Below, piece after piece: positions 45,410-58,021 of a stretch of DNA of 64,000 nt. Both the position numbers and the translations under genes were made by a program. Origin of the DNA: Octopus vulgaris. Lineage: Eukaryota. The notes under the pieces were generated by a model. The model saw nothing but the letters and a program-made list of their open reading frames with translations. It made no database searches and was not told the DNA's origin. Each line of letters begins with the position of its first letter. Position 1 is the stretch's first letter. Where the stretch lies: contig OX597814.1 of NCBI GenBank assembly GCA_951406725.2, positions 172,918,001-172,982,000 of the forward strand, given 5' to 3'.

Positions 45410-46370
45410 TAGATTACACACACACACATATATATCATACATATATATATAAACGAAATGACGAGATGCACGCAGTTTACTAATTTTCATATACTTTATA
45501 ACGGAATATTTATATAGTCTACCGGTTTCAGGTTTTGCTAATCATGACTGAATTTCGCGTTTTCCTGATCATGGCTGGGTTTTGTGCTTTGCTAATCATT
45601 ACTATGTTCGTAAATTAACCAGCATGTACATAAATATAAAGGAAAGTGATTGTTATTGTTCGAGATAGGGAGGTAATTGCACTTTTTTGTGGGTACATTT
45701 TTTGCGGAGTTACACTTTCTTTGAAGGCTCAATACATAGTATTTATATTAAGAAGTTATAATTTCATGAATTGAAATAATAAAATAAAATACAAACAAAG
45801 TTGGTTATGCGTTCATGAATTAAGATATTTTCAATATCCAGATTTCGTTATATGTTCATATTCATAGGCGTTTGCATTTTTCATGAATTAGTTACCCTTT
45901 TTTAATCGTTGATGTGGGGCGGGATGTACATATGAAGACAAAGAAAGAGCTTAACAAATCTTGAACGACCGGTTACAATTTCTTACATACCATTAAGCTT
46001 TTAACGCCATTACACGAAGGCGTTAAAACAACTGGTACTGAAACAATTGTAAGTAGTCATGAAAGCTGTGGTAAACGCTTTCTTTGTTTTCTTATTTCAA
46101 TTATATTTTAGTCTTTGCTAGACTCACACATAGTCTGTACAGGTGCATTTTCCACGCACACAGAATTTCAATCTCCCTCAAGACTCCATCTCAAGAATGT
46201 AGATATCTTGACCTCGAGCTGAGTGCAGCAACGAAAATACACCGATCGATTTACTACTTTCACGATATAAAAAGTATACAGATATATATTTGTACATATA
46301 TATATATACATACATATATATATATGTGTGTGTGTGTGTGTATGTATATATCTATGTATATATATGTATG

Positions 46371-46410
<40 letters not shown>

Positions 46411-47245
46411 CATACATATACACTTGCGATTGTCCTTGGCTAACCTTTAAGAACAGGCCCATACGTACACATACATACTCATGCACATACATTTATATAC
46501 ATATACATATGTGTGTATACATATATATATGAGTATGCATATACACATATACGTGTGTATATTTGTATATTTGTGTCTGTGCGTGCATACATGTATATAC
46601 GTATACATATGTGTGTATACATATGAGTATGCATGTACACATATACGTGTGTATATTTGTGTCTGTGCGTGCGTGTGTGTTTGTGTGCGTGTGTTTGTGT
46701 GTGTATGAGTGTGTGAGCAGAGTTTTCAACAAAATACACACTTATCATTCTTCATCTCTGAAAATAAACAGTTGGCTACAGATATTTATCTCAATATTAC
46801 TTATGTCCAAAAGACAATCTATAAACATATAGATATGAATAAATATGAGAATTGAGTTTATAAAAATATGTACGTAAATACTGGAAGAAATACGCAGAGC
46901 AGCTACTTAAAGTATACGTATCATGACAGAAGTTCTGTCATCACTATAAATATGTATATTAATAAAATACTATGTGAATATACAAAATTCAAAAACCATT
47001 TAGATACAGACATAAACACGGAGAAACTGATGGTACATATTTATACAATTTATAGCCCGCATGCAAATATGTAGACACAAATATATATATTTGTGTGTGT
47101 GTGTGTGTGTGCGCGCGCGCGCGCGCGTGTGTCTTTGTGTGGATGCATGCGTGTATGCGTGTGTACGTGCGTGTGTGTGTTTGTTATGCGCATGTGTTCG
47201 TAATGTATACTTATATATACATGTATACTTATTATAGGCGCATTT

Positions 47246-47960
47246 CAACCAATCGGTTTCGCACAGGTTATTAGATAGTGAGACGATTACGTGAGACTAC
47301 ACTCATCAAAGTTGCTGGTATGGAAAAAAATGGTGACAGCTCTCTGTTACTGGAGGTGAGGAAATGTCACAACCGGTTTGTCAGTGCTGTGGAGAGGAAA
47401 CAAAACGTATAACGGATAACGGCTACGAGATAGGATTGCATTAAATTTTATATCATCTGCCCCCAAAACTTGAGTCAGTGGCACTTGCTAACAAATGAGT
47501 TTGGGAGCGGGTGATGTGGCGTTGATATGTGTATAGATGTAGGAGGGAAGAGATCAGTTGGGTGCTCAAACCTTAATAATCATATGTCGCTTAATAATCA
47601 TAATCATATGCGTATGAGCGTTAGTGTATGGTTGTGCATAGGCAAAAAGTTTGTGGATGGCGACAGGAAGACCCAACGTTTATAATCATGGTGGATCCTG
47701 TAGATAACCGATAACATACTCCCTTCCTTGAGAGCATGAGCTGAAAAGAATTATATCAAAACACTCTCTTCAACTGGACACCTTCTTCGTCTCTTTTCGT
47801 TTTGTATGGGGGAACTCGAGGTTGGTAAAAATATAGCATACGAGTATAAAAACCCTTTGGACAGAAACAATAGTTGAGGTGCGACTGGAACACACGACAG
47901 TTTTTCTACTAGTGGATCTAGGTAAACCTTCGAATTTCTTTATCCGTTTTAGATACATAT
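47246..47960 (-). mobile_element. Degenerate PLE 3' region
   Basis: Minus-strand CAACT-TTGATGA-GTGTAG...CTGTGC-GAAA-CCGA-TT-GGTTG (47246-47314) downstream of a weak GIY-YIG-like remnant (LPVAIH). Confidence 0.4.
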
Positions 47961-48139
47961 TCACTTACAAATATATTTGACACGCTTTTTTATTTACCAA
48001 AATTATATTCGCGATTTCTTTGTCATCCCAGAGAAATGCTAGATGTCACTTGCCAAAAACCCATCATAGAACAAAGCAAAATTTATAAGCACACAACTAT
48101 GCTTGTTTATCATCCCTTTACTTTAATTAGATGATTAGT

Positions 48140-48734
48140 GATTAGATGCAGGATAATCACCTAAACACTACCCAAACCCACCATTGCACCCTAAAAAGAT
48201 AGAGGTCACTGTATGGTGGTCCGCGAAAGGAGTTGTTCATTATTCATTTTTGCAACAAGGAAAAACGGTAACAGCAACATCGTATTGACAGGAAATTTGT
48301 ATGCATGAGAATTTGAAAAAGAAGTAACCCAGACTAGTGAATAGAGATGGCCCAATATTGCTCCATGACAATGCACGTCCTCACATTCCTCAAGCTACTG
48401 TCCGAAAGTTGCAAAGCTTGAATTATGAGATTTTGAAACATTCTCCCTATTCCCCCGATATCTCTCCTACTGCTCACTTATTTAAGCATTCTGAGCTTTT
48501 CATAAGCAATAAAACAGATTTAGATAGAGAAGAGGTATTTGCAGCATCCAGATAGTTTATCACAGCAAAAGATGATTTTTTTTTAAAAGATGGAATATAT
48601 GACATAGAGAAACGTTGAGTAAACGTCATAAATGAACATGGATCATACTTTGATTAAATAAATCATTTCTCTAACACTTCTGAAACATTTTATTATTACT
48701 TTTCAAATACGACATTTCGTGTGAAACAACCTAA
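48140..48734 (+). mobile_element. Mariner transposase relic (catalytic domain) with right TIR
   Basis: LHPKKIEVTVWWSAKGVVHYSFL, PILLHDNARPH, EILKHSPYSPDISPT. Ends ...GAAACAACCTAA-TA. Stops present. Confidence 0.9.
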
Positions 48735-49010
48735 TATATACAAACTGCTTTGAATGTACGGATACAGTAAGATTGTAGCTATGTTGCTGTTAAAGGAATT
48801 ATCGTTTTAAAGGGATTAGTATTTGATTTCTTGGTACTGTTTATTTATTCTTCATGGTTGGTTACACTTGCGATTGTCCTTGGCTGACCTTTTAAGAACA
48901 GACCCATGCGTACACACACATACTCACATACAGTTATATTTGCATATACATGAAAGTGAAGCTAAATCTTTATATTGTGCTCTATATTGTATTCTTAACA
49001 GAATATAACA

Positions 49011-49079
<69 letters not shown>

Positions 49080-49082
<3 letters not shown>

Positions 49083-49962
49083 GAGGTAATGCACGAATAA
49101 GTAGATATTTATGAAAAAGAAGAACTAAGATACTACCTTTTTAAAAATTAGGTACATTTAAATTTCTTGACATAAATACATTTTAAAAAATGATTTTTTT
49201 TACATGTTTCGGTTGTTTAGAAACCTTCATCAAAAATATGTACTTAAATGAAATATGTAGAGAAAGAAATGTTAATAAAATTGGTAATAAAATAAACGTT
49301 CATAGTGTACTTTTTTTTGCAAGCACGTGGTAATTTCCATTAATTTTCGTGGCATTGCTTGTAGCAACTTCAGCTGCTGTCTGTGATGGTAAATTAAGTA
49401 GTGTGGTCAAAACTGTTTGCAAAAGAAGTGGTCGCATCAATCAGATAAACAGCAGCAGCAATAATAGTCGTCGGGAAGTTATCGCCCCTGAGGTCTTCAC
49501 AGAAATGGATTTATTCAATCCCTCATCTTTATTTCTTATGAATAATATTCATATAGTTTCAGTGTTCCGAGCTTAAAGAATTTAGACTCGTTCGACACTT
49601 TGTTATGAAGTGCATTTCCCTGCTAATGCGCTCATTTTGGCTAGTATTGCCTTTGAATTTGTATAAAGGAATAGTTGTGCACTTCTGTCTATGTGTTCGC
49701 TGACCGATATTTTCCTGTGATCCGAAATTCTAATTTGGGATTTGTGCACCGCCATCCTCTGACGTAGGGTGTTTTTTGTGTGTCCAATATATTGCTTTTT
49801 GCATCCCGAGCATGTATTTAAGTAAATCAAATTCTTTGATGCACATGTAAAGTTAGTTTTGTGGTAAGATTTTGGCCTTGTTCTAATCGGTATTCTAATT
49901 CTTCTATTAGCTGAAGTTGCTACTAGCCATGCCACGAAAATTAATGGAAATTATCACGTGCT
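49080..49962 (-). mobile_element. Penelope-like element 3' part (GIY-YIG endonuclease, hammerhead-like motif, inverted terminal copy)
   Basis: FTCASKNLIYLNTCSGCKKQYIGHTKNTLRQRMAVH (49603-49935). Motif TTGATGA-A-GGTT..AACC-GAAA-CATG-TA at 49197-49237. 49909-49962 is an inverted copy of 49322-49375. Confidence 0.85.
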
Positions 49963-49966
49963 CTTA

Positions 49967-50476
49967 CTTTTCCAGTGGTCTAACGTGTAAAAATTTAGTC
50001 CAAAAGACTCGCCAGGTGCGATCGTCCTCAGCAGGAACACCTAGGGTTAATCATATACACACGGGTTTCAAAAGTTGGCATTTTTTTTATTGCTGGCGTA
50101 GGACTGCGACTGCGCAGTAGATTTTGAAAAAGATAGGACGTATAAATAAGGGGCAGGTAGTTTGATCGCCCCGTGTGTATACGTTTAACCCTAGGTGTTC
50201 CTGCTGAGAACAATTGCACCTGGCGTGTTCATGTACTCGCTAAACTAAAATCAGAAACCAATTGGTCCAGGAAACTTGATGGTAAAATGATTTCATTTTC
50301 CATTTCGTTCCTGTCGAATTTTATCCCCAATTTTTGTGGTTATAGAACCTAGCTTTTCTTTCTAGCGTGTTGAATTCCTATGACGGGATTACTCGTGTGT
50401 TTAAATATACACTGTATCGTATGACTAATATATAGTCTTTTGGACTAAATTTTTACACGTTAGACCACTGGAAATG
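49967..50476. mobile_element. MITE with 43-bp TIRs and TA flanks
   Basis: 49967-50009 versus 50434-50476, one mismatch. TA at 49965-49966 and 50477-50478. Internal inverted repeat 50010-50065 / 50170-50225. Confidence 0.85.
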
Positions 50477-50513
50477 TAAATTTTAATTAATTTCCATTTC
50501 CCTTTGATATGAT

Positions 50514-50544
<31 letters not shown>

Positions 50545-50549
50545 GTTTA

Positions 50550-50752
50550 TGTATATGTTTGTGTGTCCGTGTTTGTCCTCCACTATCGCTTGACAACCGA
50601 TGTTGGTGTTTTTAGCGGTTCAGTAAAAAAAAAGATCGATAGAATAAATACTAGGCTTACAAAGAATGAGTCCAAGAGTCGATTATTTCGACTAAAGGCG
50701 GTGTTCCAGCATGGCCGCGGTCAAATGACTGAAAGGAGTGAAAGAATAAAAG
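50550..50752 (+). mobile_element. SINE 3' half (18983 family)
   Basis: ATCGCTTGACAACCGATG...GGCGGTGTTCCAGCATGGCCGCGGTCAAATGACTGAAA. Confidence 0.75.
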
Positions 50753-51214
50753 ATTATATTTATATATATATACGAGTGAGTAGACAAACGAAAGGACACT
50801 CGACACATTTATTGGGAGTTACATGTATGGATGAAAATAGTTTGATTCAAATTCGCTAGTACTCCGAGTTTCAAGCGTGATACTATCTTCAGCCATTTTG
50901 AAAATGGCTGAAGATTAGCATCAAGCTTGAAACTTGGACTACCAAGGAATCTGAATCAATCTGTTTTGATCCATATAAATATATATATACATACACACAC
51001 ACACACATACATACATACATACATACATACATACATACATACATACATACATACATACATACATACATACATACATACTTATGTATGTATGTATATAGTG
51101 TACTCTTCCGTGATGGTAAGATGAACAAAAAAGTACCCTATCTGATGAGAGATAAATACTATTTAATAGACACAATACATGTTTTATATGCTAGAGTTGA
51201 CCTGATAATCATGA

Positions 51215-51490
51215 GTTAGTGAGTTCGATTCCCGGATCGGGATGCGTGCTGTGCTCTTGAGGAAGACACTTTATTTCACGTTGCTCTATATAAACGAGTT
51301 TCGATATCACTGGTGCCAAGCTGTGTCGGCCTTTGTCTTTCCCTTGAATAACATCGGTGGCATGGAAATGGGAGGCTGGTATGCATGCGCGAGTGCTTCC
51401 ATAAAACAAACTTGCCCGCATTTGTGTCTCGGAGGGTAACTTTCTAGGTGCAATCCCATGGTCATTCATGACCGAAGGAGGTCTTTTACT
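51215..51490 (+). mobile_element. SINE with clipped head and distinct tail
   Basis: B box GAGTTCGATTCCC, body CTTGAGGAAGACACTTTATTTCACGTTGCTC, tail hairpin GGTCAT-TC-ATGACC. Confidence 0.7.
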
Positions 51491-51606
51491 AGTATCATGG
51501 TCTGAGAACATGCCAGACACTGTTTTGAAACCCGATGAAGGGTGAGTTTCAATTGGTGAAGAACGTGAAAAGACGTAAAAAATTGGTGACGGATACGAGA
51601 ATGACA

Positions 51607-51649
<43 letters not shown>

Positions 51650-51878
51650 CGACGACGACGATGACGACGACGACGACGACGACAACTATGACGCCGTCGA
51701 TGATGATAATTGTGAATGTGATATAGGAATTACAGCGCGACGACATAGCCGTCACAGATAAGATTTGGTCTCAGTATTGAAAATAATAGGCGGAAAGTAA
51801 ATACTGACTGCAACCTACCTAATCTAGAACTCCCGTTGCAAATAGCCACCACCACTACTACCACCACCACCGTTACTG

Positions 51879-51920
<42 letters not shown>

Positions 51921-52360
51921 TTATTACTGCTACTACAACGACCACGTCAGTCATCTCCACTCCACAACCCACATTACTACTTCGCTCCACCGTATTGTCA
52001 ATTGAAATAAATTGAAATTGCAGATGTTTCGCCGAAGCAACTGGATTAAGCTAACACCTCAGCTGGACAAAGCAGTGAGGCGTTCTCACTGATGATCTCC
52101 GAGGACAACAAAAACAGATATTTACCCGGTTCGGTTCACTCTTCACTCTTCACTCCCCGCTTAGTGTTTGACACCGGTCATAAATCGTCACAGATGCTGG
52201 CATACTGTTAACATCAATATATCGGTACTGTTCTGGAGTGTCTATGAAAATTTAATTTCCGACCTATCGATTATTGAGTGTGTATCTGTATGTGACAATG
52301 TGTGTTTTTAGTTTCTGAAAGAGCGTATGTGTGCATGTGTATGTATGTATGTATGTATGC

Positions 52361-52393
<33 letters not shown>

Positions 52394-52493
52394 TGTATGT
52401 ATGTATGTATGTATGTGCATGCATGTATATGTGCGTAAGTGTTCCTGTGTGCGCACATTCATACATATCACGTATACACATACATGCATACAA

Positions 52494-52536
<43 letters not shown>

Positions 52537-53529
52537 AAGAGTGTATGTGTGCATGTGCATGTATGTATGTGTATGCATGTATATGTGCGTAAGTATCGCT
52601 GGTTGCGCACATTCATACATATTACGTATACACACACATACATAGAATATACATATATATGTGTGTGTGTGTATGTGTGTATGTGTGTATGTATAAAGAG
52701 TGTATGTGTGCATGTGCATATATGTTTGTGTATGTATATGTGTAACTATCGCTGCGTTCGCACATTCATAGATATTACGTGTGTGTATGTGTGTGTATTG
52801 CAAACACACAAACAAACATACATGTACGTAGGTGTGTACATGCATGCATATAAAACATACACGTTGCACACACATACACAACTACAAATGCATGTATAAA
52901 CAGAGAAACAACCACCTATAGAGATATGTTCTACATACTCACATAATTAGATGAACTGAGACCCACATATATCTAAGTATGCTAACACACACACAGACAC
53001 ACACACGCACACACATACACACACGCAATCACATGCAAAGAAATACATTCACTCGCACACAGAAAATTACAGACCCATGAATACACATATACACAGACAT
53101 ACATATGGAAGCTTATACAAACCACTCGTAGAGATAAGCACACACAAAATACAAATAAATATATACATCGCATAAATACACACCCATAAATAACATTGTT
53201 CAGACACACATAATCACTAATGTGTTAGGAAATATAGCACACACATAGACACGAACACGCAAACACACACACAGAGATACACACACATCAGTGTATAGTG
53301 TTTACTGTTTTAACTCTCCTATCCGTCGGCTATAGCCATGCTGGGGCGCCGCCATTAGCGTTCTTATTTATTTCCACTTTCTTTTCGTGCTTCATTTTGC
53401 TAAATGGGAGAGTTGGATATCATCGCTCTCTTTTGGGTTTCTTGTTGTGACGTACGTTCATCTGGAATCTCTGATAAAAAAAGAACAGAAAATAGTAATA
53501 TTAAGAAACATAATAATAATAATAATAAT

Positions 53530-54082
53530 GCCCTGATGCAGTACCAGGCAGTGGCTCTCATGGCTTCTGATCTTAACTGATTGGAAGTGTTATCATGTAT
53601 ATTGTTTTGTCTTGGTATAAAAGATGGGCTACAGCAAATATTCTGCTCAATACCACAGATTTGCTTGTCAGTTGTTTGACCATAACCAGTTGAGCATGCC
53701 CCTTAGTGGCTGACGATATGTGCATCTCTGATCACGAGCAGAAGTAGTGGAGGAGCATCATAGCCATGTGTTGAGAGGGATTCTTTGAGGTTTGAATAAT
53801 TCACCTCTGGAAACATGGGTGGTTCTTTCAACATCCTTAAACAACCCTTATTCAGGGACCTTTTGAGCGGGATGGGCTACTCAACCTGAAGAAAATTCTA
53901 ACTAGGCCCCACCTGCAAGGTCATGTGCTGTTTATCTTGATATGAGATCACCATGTCGCACACATATGGTTGTGATGCATATGCCTGGTGTACCCTTATC
54001 AGACGGGTAGTCATGATGGGTATATTGGGCTTCGTATATTTTACCCAGTGTCACTTTGATGGCATGCACTGCTCTCTCACTC
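53530..54082. mobile_element. ~550-bp non-coding interspersed element in (AAT)n, copy 1
   Basis: Collinear with 57430-57940 and has the same ends (AAT-GCCCTG...CTCTCTCACTC-AAT). Confidence 0.85.
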
Positions 54083-54177
<95 letters not shown>

Positions 54178-54309
54178 TAATAATAATAATAATAATAAAG
54201 CTTGCTTATTTTTTAAATACATTCACATCTACGCCTTACAGGTCTCTTGGATTTTTAGGCAATGTATTGAAAGGTTTTTGTTGTGTCAATCTGAAACTGT
54301 TACTAAATA

Positions 54310-54490
54310 ATCCTTTTCCTACTGTAGGCATAAGGCCTGAAATTTGAGGGAAACCGCAAATCGATTACATCGACCCCAGTGTTCAAATGATTTTTATTTT
54401 ATCGTATTGACGCACCGGAAGAATGAAAGACAAAATAGACCTTGGCAGGATTTGAACTCAGAACGTAACGACTCTACCAGCTCGTCGCCA
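54310..54490 (-). mobile_element. SINE (16695 family) with alternative tail
   Basis: TCGATTACATCGACCCCAG...ATTTGAACTCAGAACGTAAC...CCAGCTCGTCGCC. Confidence 0.7.
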
Positions 54491-54649
54491 TATAAATGTT
54501 ACTAAATAACATCAATAAATATAATAAGTAAGAATTCAGGAAGTAAACAATAAGAGGTCAAACTAAATCCTCTGTTTAATTGCTGTATCGCGTTAGATTC
54601 ATTTATGTTCCCACTTTAGATCCCACGTGTCTCATATTGATGGAACAGA

Positions 54650-54971
54650 CAGAGACAAGACGTCTAGAGCAAGGACGATGTACTGCAATAGCTTGGGTTT
54701 CAAGGGCCCACGGCTGTTTAACTGTCTCCCGAAGCATCTGAGGATCTTCCATGGAGTTGATGTAGTCGTTTTCAAACGTGAACTTGACCTCTGGCTCGTC
54801 GAGATCCCGGATGAGCCAATATCTAGGCAAGAAACTCAAAAGAAGGATGTAGCATCGAACTCCATCCTTCACCAAAAGCCGCTCCGACAAAGGTGGAAAG
54901 ATAATTACCATGGCGGTGCTCCAGCATGGCCACAGTCATTGGACTGAAACATATAAAAGAATAAAAGAATA
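54650..54971 (+). mobile_element. CR1-type LINE 3' end
   Basis: NSLGFKGPRLFNCLPKHLR...VFKRELDLWLVEIPDEP is typical of CR1-group ORF2 C-termini. Tail ends (AAAAGAAT)2. Confidence 0.75.
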
Positions 54972-55041
54972 AATACAGTTTACATAATTTTTGCAATGAT
55001 CGTAACATTTTTAATCATATATATGTTTGTGTGTATGTGTA

Positions 55042-55074
<33 letters not shown>

Positions 55075-55539
55075 ACAATAATCCAAATAAACAGAAAATT
55101 CGTCGGCTTTGATAAACAGAATATATACATACATGTATACGTGAGAGCAAAGAAAAAGTAGAGACTGAAAGATTTTCCGTTGATTAACATTAAAGTACAC
55201 ATATGTATATGTAATAGAGCCAACTTACTCATATTCTAGGCTCAAAGAATTAGAGGAGAGAAGATATACACTATGCCCTCATTCTTTGCTATTTCTTTAT
55301 TCACATATATAAATGTATAAATATTCTGTGTATCAAACCCAAGGAATTTTTGTCTGTTTATTTGCATAAGTGTCTCCATATCAGCTCACTTGAATTTCAC
55401 TTATAGACACGCTTTACCCCGCTGACTTGGTCCTCGGTGATAATTTCGGAGTGTACGTTCAAATCTTTTGAGCGCTACAAAGTGTTCTGTATATAGAGAT
55501 TCCCACGGCTTCATCTGTTAAGTAGATATATATATATAG

Positions 55540-55666
55540 ACGCTGGTAAGAAGCTTGCTTCACAATCACATGGTTCCGGTACCTTGGGCAAGTGTTTTCT
55601 CGGGCCGACCAAAGCCTTGTCAGTGGATTTGGTAGATGGAAACTGAAAGAAGCCTGTAGTATATAA

Positions 55667-55712
<46 letters not shown>

Positions 55713-55713
55713 T

Positions 55714-55749
<36 letters not shown>

Positions 55750-55967
55750 AATATATTGGTGCGTTTGTGTTTGTGTCTGCCTGTGTTTAGCCTTCCACCA
55801 TCGCTTAACAATCGATGTTGTATGTTTACGTCCCCGTAACCTAGTGGTTCGGCAAAAGACACCGATAAAATAAGTACAAGGCTTAAAAATAATAAGCCCA
55901 GGGTCGATTTCTTCGACTCCAGCATGGCCACTGTCAAAATGACTGAATGAAGTAAAAGAGTGAAAGA

Positions 55968-55968
<1 letters not shown>
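55540..55968 (+). mobile_element. SINE (18983 family) with expanded internal (TA)/(TG) tract
   Basis: Head TGGTAAGAAGCTTGCTT...CCTTGGGCAAGTGT and tail CTCCAGCATGGCCACTGTCAAAATGACTGAA. Confidence 0.75.
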
Positions 55969-56019
<51 letters not shown>

Positions 56020-56076
56020 ACACACACACACATACATACATACATACATACATACATACATACATACATACATACA

Positions 56077-56109
<33 letters not shown>

Positions 56110-56729
56110 GCATACATACATGCATACATATGCGTTTGTCTGGGGTGTGCATGTCTTTTGATTACAAAATTATACGCACACACACACCTACATGAACATA
56201 TAATTCATACATGGCCGTATGCATTGCCTGATGCACTGATAAAAACGCTTACCCGAACTTCCTTAATCAGATATTCTCTGAATGGTGTCGCATTAAGGAA
56301 AAGCAAGACCTAAGCTTCACAAATATTTTCAGCGTTTCCTTACCTTCATTAACATTAGTTTTTATCGTCATCACCATTGCTTTCACTGCCAACAACACTA
56401 CCGCCACCACCACCACCACCACCACCACCATCGTCATCATCGAGCTCGTAATCATCATCATCATTATTGTCAACATTACCACCGCTACATAACCATCACC
56501 ACCACCACCACCATCACAAATACCATCATCACCATCATTTTTATGAACATAAAAACTGTCACCATCGTAATCACCATCATCATCATCATCAACAACAACA
56601 TTTTTTATTATCTTTTATTTTATTTTTTTTTTTTACTTTTTACTTGTTTCAGTCACAAGATTGCTACCGTGCTTGGACACTGCCTTGAAGAAATTTAGTC
56701 CAACGAATCGACCCCAGCACTAAAATAAG

Positions 56730-56975
56730 ATCAAAGGTCCTTTCCGTGGCATGGGCTCATTAAGGCCGGTTTCCTATATTCTGTAGTGTGTATATCTCCT
56801 CCCTAGACGGGACGCCAGTCCATCGCAGCATTACTCAATTTTGCCAGTTGAATGACCTGGAGTAAAATAAACTAATGTATTTCGTTTAAGAACACAGCGC
56901 AGTGTCTTGTAGAGGAATCGAAACAGTTTTGCGATTATAAGTTCAGCAACCTAACCACTAAGTCACGCGCTCCAC
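56730..56975 (-). mobile_element. tRNA-derived SINE (11996-type)
   Basis: Minus-strand head TGGAGCGCGTGACTTAGTGGTTAGG...GTTTCGATTCC. Tail GGACTGGCGTCCCGTC...GGAAACCGG. Confidence 0.7.
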
Positions 56976-57283
56976 CTCCACAGCACATAACGTAGGCATA
57001 AACCATCCAGTAAAACATATATAATCGACACACAAGATCCACTAACATCAAAACAAACCACACCTCAAGGACACATACGTAGTATACTAGTGTTAATCTA
57101 TGACCTGAAAAGCCAATATTGCACACATCACAAGTATACTAGATATTGCGGGGGAAACTTCTCAAAACATTATGATGTTTAACAATAACTCCACCACCGC
57201 CACCAATAACAACAACAACAACAACAACAAGAAAAATAACAACAAAACAACAACAGCAACAATAAAAATAATAAAAATAATAA

Positions 57284-57410
57284 TGGTTTCAAATTTTGCC
57301 ACAAAGGCAGCAGTTTGAGAGTGGGGGAGATGAGTCGATTACATCGACCCAAGTGGTACTTATTTTATCGAACCCGAAAGGATGAAAGGCAAAGTCGACC
57401 TCGGCGGAAT
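57284..57410 (-). mobile_element. SINE 3' part (16695 family)
   Basis: GTCGATTACATCGACCC...CCCGAAAGGATGAAAGGCAAAGTCGACCTCGGCGGAAT. Confidence 0.75.
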
Positions 57411-57429
57411 AATAATAGTAATAATAAAT

Positions 57430-57940
57430 GCCCTGGTGCAGTACCAGGAATTGGCTCTCATGGCTTCTGATCTAATCTGATTGGAAATGTTATCATGTAG
57501 ATTATTTTGTTTTGGTATAAAATATGGGCTGCAGTAAATATTCTGCTCAACACCACAGATTAGCTGTCAGGTATTTAACCTTATCCAGTTGAGCATGTCC
57601 CTTGGTGGCTGACGGTATGTGCATCTCTGATCATGAGCAGAAGTAGTGGAGCAGCATAGCCACATGTTGAAAGAAATTTTGTGGAGTTTGAATAATTCAA
57701 TATCCTTAAACAACCGCTCAGGGACATTTTGAGAGAGATGGGCTACTCGACCTAAAGAAAATTCTAACTGGGCCTCACCTGAAAAATTATGCGCTGTTTA
57801 TCTTGATAGGTCACCATGTCGCGCACATATGGTTGTGATGCATGTGTAACCTTATCGGACGGGTAGTCATGATGGGTATACGGGGCTTCGTATATTTCAC
57901 CCCAGTGTGACTTTGATGGCATACAATTGCTCTCTCACTC
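57430..57940. mobile_element. ~510-bp non-coding element in (AAT)n, copy 2
   Basis: Diverged full-length match to 53530-54082. Confidence 0.85.
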
Positions 57941-58021
57941 AATAATAATAATAATAATAATGATAATAATAATAATATTAATAATAATAATAATAATAAT
58001 AATAACAATAATAATAATAAT

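Noticed and set aside
46419-48920. ~60-bp direct repeat at 46419 and 48863 as LTRs
   Set aside because: Too short, with no PBS, PPT or gag/pol between them. The interval holds unrelated PLE and mariner relics.
52300-52800. Three imperfect ~150-bp tandem units
   Set aside because: Slippage duplication of compound microsatellite, with no coding or structural signal.
56370-56600. His-rich ORF
   Set aside because: It is a (CAC/CAT)n low-complexity tract running into a SINE tail.
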